Shown in pieces: positions 60,473 through 64,000 of a DNA stretch of 64,000 nucleotides. The notes beneath the pieces are model-generated. The model was not told the DNA's origin and did not search any database. It worked only from the letters and a program-made list of their open reading frames with translations. Numbering within the stretch: the first letter of the stretch is position 1; the number at the start of each line of letters is the position of its first letter. The DNA comes from a virus: the IMG/VR virus record IMGVR_UViG_3300042890_005556. One strand, given 5' to 3'. A program made the position numbers and the translations under genes.

Positions 60473-61562
60473 CGCACCCTGGCTTAATACCGGCTATGGC
60501 AGACAAACGAGGTTTATGATCCAACGCCTGAAACAAGCGGGCCATGAAATCGCGTGTCTAGCATACTCTGGCCTAGAGAATGGATCATTATATCATGAAG
60601 GGATACTTTGCCTACCTAGAAAACATTATTTGTATGGCCAAGATTCTATAGCTGAGCATTGTGTCAACTGGGGAGCAGAGGTCTTAATATCCCTAACAGA
60701 CGTCTGGGCTATGAACCCAGAGACATTTAAAGATCACGTCAAATGGATACCATGGTATCCAGTAGACCACGACCCAATGCCAAACCCGGTAAAAGAGAAA
60801 TTATCCATCGCCACAAAAAGAATAGCGATGTCTGAATACGGGAGAGCTAAAACTCAAGAAGCCGGTTTAGATTGTGATTTTATACCACACGGAATAGACA
60901 CCACCATTTATAGACCAAAAGACAAGACAGAAGCAAGGAAAACTCTAGGATTACCAAACGATTCGTTTATTGTTGGGACTGTGGCGATGAATAAGGGAAA
61001 TCCGAGTCGTAAAAACATAGTCGAGCTCCTGACGGCTTTTAGGGATTTTAACAGATTATATAAAGACTCGATATATGTTCTGCATACTAATCTAACCGGC
61101 CCAGCAGATGACTCTATTAATATACCAGATCTAGTAAATTTCTTAGGACTAGAGATGGGTAAAAATGTGTATGCTTGCAATCAATATTATAATTCAATCG
61201 GAATACCAGACGGCTATATGGCAGATTTTTATAACGCAATGGATGTGCATTTGCTAGTGTCAATGGGTGAAGGTTTTGGTATTCCGATAATAGAGGCGCA
61301 AGCTTGTGAGTGCCCTGTGATCGTTGGGGATTGGACAGCCATGAGCGAACTTTGCCACGCCGGAAGAAAAATCAGCAAAGACGACGCACAAGAATGGTAC
61401 ACCCCGCTAGGGTCTTACCAATATAAGCCAAATACCGGCGCAATTACTAAGGCAATGTGCCTAGAATACGAATCGCCAACGAAAACCGATGGTGTACACG
61501 ACGTGATAGATAGTCTATTCAATATAGACAAGGTAGCGGCTTCTTTTATAAATGCATTGTGA
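60450..61562 (+). CDS. GT4 family glycosyltransferase
   Basis: SNAPW..TGYG.QT, IPHGIDT..Y.P, N...RKN, FYNAMDV....S.GEGFGIPIIEAQAC..PVI. Confidence 0.9.
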   Translation: MRIMWFSNAPWLNTGYGRQTRFMIQRLKQAGHEIACLAYSGLENGSLYHEGILCLPRKHYLYGQDSIAEHCVNWGAEVLISLTDVWAMNPETFKDHVKWIPWYPVDHDPMPNPVKEKLSIATKRIAMSEYGRAKTQEAGLDCDFIPHGIDTTIYRPKDKTEARKTLGLPNDSFIVGTVAMNKGNPSRKNIVELLTAFRDFNRLYKDSIYVLHTNLTGPADDSINIPDLVNFLGLEMGKNVYACNQYYNSIGIPDGYMADFYNAMDVHLLVSMGEGFGIPIIEAQACECPVIVGDWTAMSELCHAGRKISKDDAQEWYTPLGSYQYKPNTGAITKAMCLEYESPTKTDGVHDVIDSLFNIDKVAASFINAL

Positions 61563-61568
61563 TAAATA
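61563..61568 (+). promoter_or_regulatory. Candidate late promoter core TAAATA
   Basis: About 20 nt upstream of ATG 61589 with GGAGG between. Confidence 0.4.
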
Positions 61569-61588
61569 TAGGTAAAGGGGAGGCTAAG

Positions 61589-62050
61589 ATGGCATACTTA
61601 ACGTTCAAGCCTGCTGGTACAGACGGCACACAGATTGCCGCATATTTCACTGTAAGATTCACTATCGCCCCTCAAGGTGATAAATTTAGAATGACCGCTG
61701 GTTATAGACTCCAGAACCAGCTGTACACTGTAGTGACAGATTCTGACACTATTGAAGCTGCAAAAGCATCAGCTGAAAAAGTAGTCATGGCTTCTTTTAG
61801 TTTAAAGCCTAAACCAGATGTTCCAGACAACAGTAATAGTGTAAGACAGGCAGCTATCTTGAGATGGACTGAAGCACAAAGGATATACGTCAGTTTAACG
61901 ACTAGCCTTGTGCGAGTGCCTAAGCCAGAGCTTGATGATTTCATCAAGGACCCAAATTACGTCTGGCCTTACATGAATACAGCACCTGATGGCGGGAACG
62001 CCCGGCCAGGTGGTGGTGGCGGCACAATTATTCCTCCGAGACCGATATGA
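61589..62050 (+). CDS. Hypothetical protein
   Basis: ATG 61589 after GGGGAGG; Gly/Pro-rich C-terminus. Confidence 0.7.
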   Translation: MAYLTFKPAGTDGTQIAAYFTVRFTIAPQGDKFRMTAGYRLQNQLYTVVTDSDTIEAAKASAEKVVMASFSLKPKPDVPDNSNSVRQAAILRWTEAQRIYVSLTTSLVRVPKPELDDFIKDPNYVWPYMNTAPDGGNARPGGGGGTIIPPRPI

Positions 62051-62544
62051 TTAAATTCTATGGTGATGTAATCCCAAAAGATATGTTGTATCATATCAAC
62101 TCTGAGATGATCAGAGCAGAAAGATACAACATTTTAAATTATGAAGCAGACACGGATAGCAGATATGGCGCATCTCTAGGCGTTGGCAATCTGCCAGAAT
62201 CAGATCGAGCATTCGAAATACTGACACCGCTAATAGAGAGAGACTACGGCCCAGTAACAAGAGAAAACTCGTATTCTCGAATATACTATAATGGAGGAAA
62301 GCTCCACAGACATATAGATCGTGAAAGTCTACATATAACATTATCATTATGCACATATTCAGACATTGATTTTGAATGGCCCCTGATGGTGGAGGAGGGT
62401 GAACAGCTACATGCCGTGGTGACACCGCCTGGATCCGCCGCTGCGATACTAGGTACAGAATATTATCACTATCGTCCTAATTTAATCTGCAAAAATGGCC
62501 AGAAAGTAATACAAGTTTTTTACCACTGGAAATTTAATGAATAA
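62047..62544 (+). CDS. 2OG-Fe(II) dioxygenase-like protein
   Basis: YSRIY..G..LHRHIDR (HxD), distal HYR, QVFYHW; a family common in aquatic phages. Confidence 0.8.
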   Translation: MIKFYGDVIPKDMLYHINSEMIRAERYNILNYEADTDSRYGASLGVGNLPESDRAFEILTPLIERDYGPVTRENSYSRIYYNGGKLHRHIDRESLHITLSLCTYSDIDFEWPLMVEEGEQLHAVVTPPGSAAAILGTEYYHYRPNLICKNGQKVIQVFYHWKFNE

Positions 62545-62812
62545 AGAGCCTGATGCAATAATACTTTTAGACGCTGGTAGAACGCTAGCAGCTGCATTAG
62601 AGTGCAAATGCGAAGAATGCCTAGATCTAATGTTAACGGTTGATATAGAATTCATAAAAGTCAGCACTAGATACGCACAGCTAGCCAAAAGAAATCCTGG
62701 TTTAATGTTTAAAATCTTGGTAGAAGAATGGGACAAAGACAGGATATTAGAGGAATTACCAATGCTCTATATGAAAAAAGAACCATCAACAGGCAAAGAA
62801 TTCTCGAAATGA
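62537..62812 (+). CDS. Hypothetical protein
   Basis: 91 aa; overlaps neighbours at both ends. Confidence 0.5.
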   Translation: MNKEPDAIILLDAGRTLAAALECKCEECLDLMLTVDIEFIKVSTRYAQLAKRNPGLMFKILVEEWDKDRILEELPMLYMKKEPSTGKEFSK

Positions 62813-63483
62813 ATTAAATCGACAGTTTTACCCGGTAACCATTTTTTAAACACATACGCCTTAGAAGGTTCCCCAAGAAAAGCTGCCCACCATGCAAACG
62901 TGCTGTTCGAACATATAATTCTATCGAAACTAGAAATAAAGAAAAAATCGCTCTTAACATCTTCCGAGACTATAATAGCATCAAAGTCTCGGAAATAGTC
63001 CAAATAGTCTTGTTCTAGCGGAGACATGACAATATACAGCTTGTCGAATGACTCCTGTCGTAATATATCAATATACCAGCTAGGGTGAATTCTATGGCCA
63101 AGCCCATAATCATCGCACCGCACATGCATCACTATATCTTTAGTATTCTTCTCTAGCTTAGGTAATTCGAAGAATGATTTTATTCTATCTCTGTGCTGAT
63201 TATACCGCTTTGATTGCTGGAAATATCCTGCAAAAAACACAGCACCATCGAGCTTTAAATTAAATAGGCTGTCTACATTTCTATCATCAATACATCTCAT
63301 CGGATCTTGCACGCATGTGCCAGATTGGGGTTCTGTCGCTTTAATTATATCGTCATGGTTCCATGCAGTCATTAGCTGAAGACCATGGTCTTCAGCATAC
63401 ATTCTACCTAGGGCATACTGAAACAGGTTGTTGCCAAATCTCCCGAGGAATCCAATATGCACGCCCATTTTTTGTCCCATCAA
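62767..63483 (-). CDS. GT11 alpha-1,2-fucosyltransferase
   Basis: GRFGNNLFQYA, GYFQ, MHVRCDDY, ICSNSTFAWWAAFL. Confidence 0.9.
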   Translation of the reverse strand: MMGQKMGVHIGFLGRFGNNLFQYALGRMYAEDHGLQLMTAWNHDDIIKATEPQSGTCVQDPMRCIDDRNVDSLFNLKLDGAVFFAGYFQQSKRYNQHRDRIKSFFELPKLEKNTKDIVMHVRCDDYGLGHRIHPSWYIDILRQESFDKLYIVMSPLEQDYLDYFRDFDAIIVSEDVKSDFFFISSFDRIICSNSTFAWWAAFLGEPSKAYVFKKWLPGKTVDLIHFENSLPVDGSFFI

Positions 63484-64000
63484 GTCAGCTTTATAGACAC
63501 GTTTTCTGGTATTATTCCAATATCCACCAAATCATCTTTAATTACCTGCATCGCTGATTCAGGTGTCTCTGATGTTATTAGACAATACCTCGTGAGCAGT
63601 GCTTTAAAAGCAGCTAGTATTAGCTCGTCTGATTCGACGGTTACATGTCTCTCAAGAGCTTTTTCAGTTAAGACTTTTGAGACAGATTCAACGATACCAC
63701 TAGGGCTATCTTGCCAAAGCACATCTGTCCCTATCTCGTCCATCAATGATTTTAATCTTGAATGTGCCTCTTTGCGTTTTTCTGAATTACCCGTATTAAA
63801 ATCTTTTGGGAGCTTTAACGTGGATGCTTCCAGAAGTTTCTCAAGCAATAAGCCTTCGAATTCTTTCACAGCTGCGACGATTGTGGCGTATTCGGGCTGT
63901 ATCGTTTTGATACTGCTAGTCCATCCTGGTTTAACAGTGACGATATAAGTGCCTTCATCATAAGCAGAAAAAACCATCTCTTCAGCAATAGGTACGTATC
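63480..64000 (-). CDS. Hypothetical protein (frame open to the right edge; possibly 5'-truncated)
   Basis: No in-frame stop between ATG 63977 and position 64000; ATGA-type overlap with the GT11 gene. Confidence 0.6.
   Translation of the reverse strand, partial: YVPIAEEMVFSAYDEGTYIVTVKPGWTSSIKTIQPEYATIVAAVKEFEGLLLEKLLEASTLKLPKDFNTGNSEKRKEAHSRLKSLMDEIGTDVLWQDSPSGIVESVSKVLTEKALERHVTVESDELILAAFKALLTRYCLITSETPESAMQVIKDDLVDIGIIPENVSIKLT

Noticed and set aside
60450-62544. TET/JBP plus glycosyltransferase DNA hypermodification pair
   Set aside because: The oxygenase resembles the small generic phage 2OG family, not TET/JBP, and no DNA methylase or hydroxymethylase is seen nearby.

Overview
This 64 kb window looks like a gene-dense segment of a large (jumbo-type, loosely T4-like) dsDNA bacteriophage genome read in the standard bacterial code. 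No rRNA, tRNA or CRISPR array was seen. All assignments come from reading motifs by eye; no database search was run. Replication/repair genes: DinG-type helicase (truncated at the left edge, missed by the ORF track), Mre11/SbcD, Rad50/SbcC, ATP-dependent ligase and NucS. Nucleotide-related genes: ThyX, dUTPase, PhoH, and a PurZ-type 2-aminoadenine (Z base) synthetase in a coupled run with a nucleoside-deoxyribosyltransferase-like gene and two degenerate TIM barrels. Regulators: two head-to-head sigma-factor-like genes and CsrA. Other notable genes: an actin-fold ATPase next to a small membrane protein, and about ten glycosyltransferase-like genes plus GDP-fucose synthase and a sialidase-like gene. 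Probable virion/adhesin proteins include two cadherin-RCC1 paralogs, a LamG-collagen protein and a 4599-aa giant. A ~770-nt intergenic region (9871-10645) is packed with nested helices whose G-U pairs point to a + strand transcript, i.e. a large structured ncRNA. Strongest leads: the PurZ cluster with a non-canonical neighbourhood, the large ncRNA, the sigma pair with two candidate promoter motifs, the actin/membrane pair and the protein-glycosylation arsenal. A Planctomycetota host is weakly suggested.
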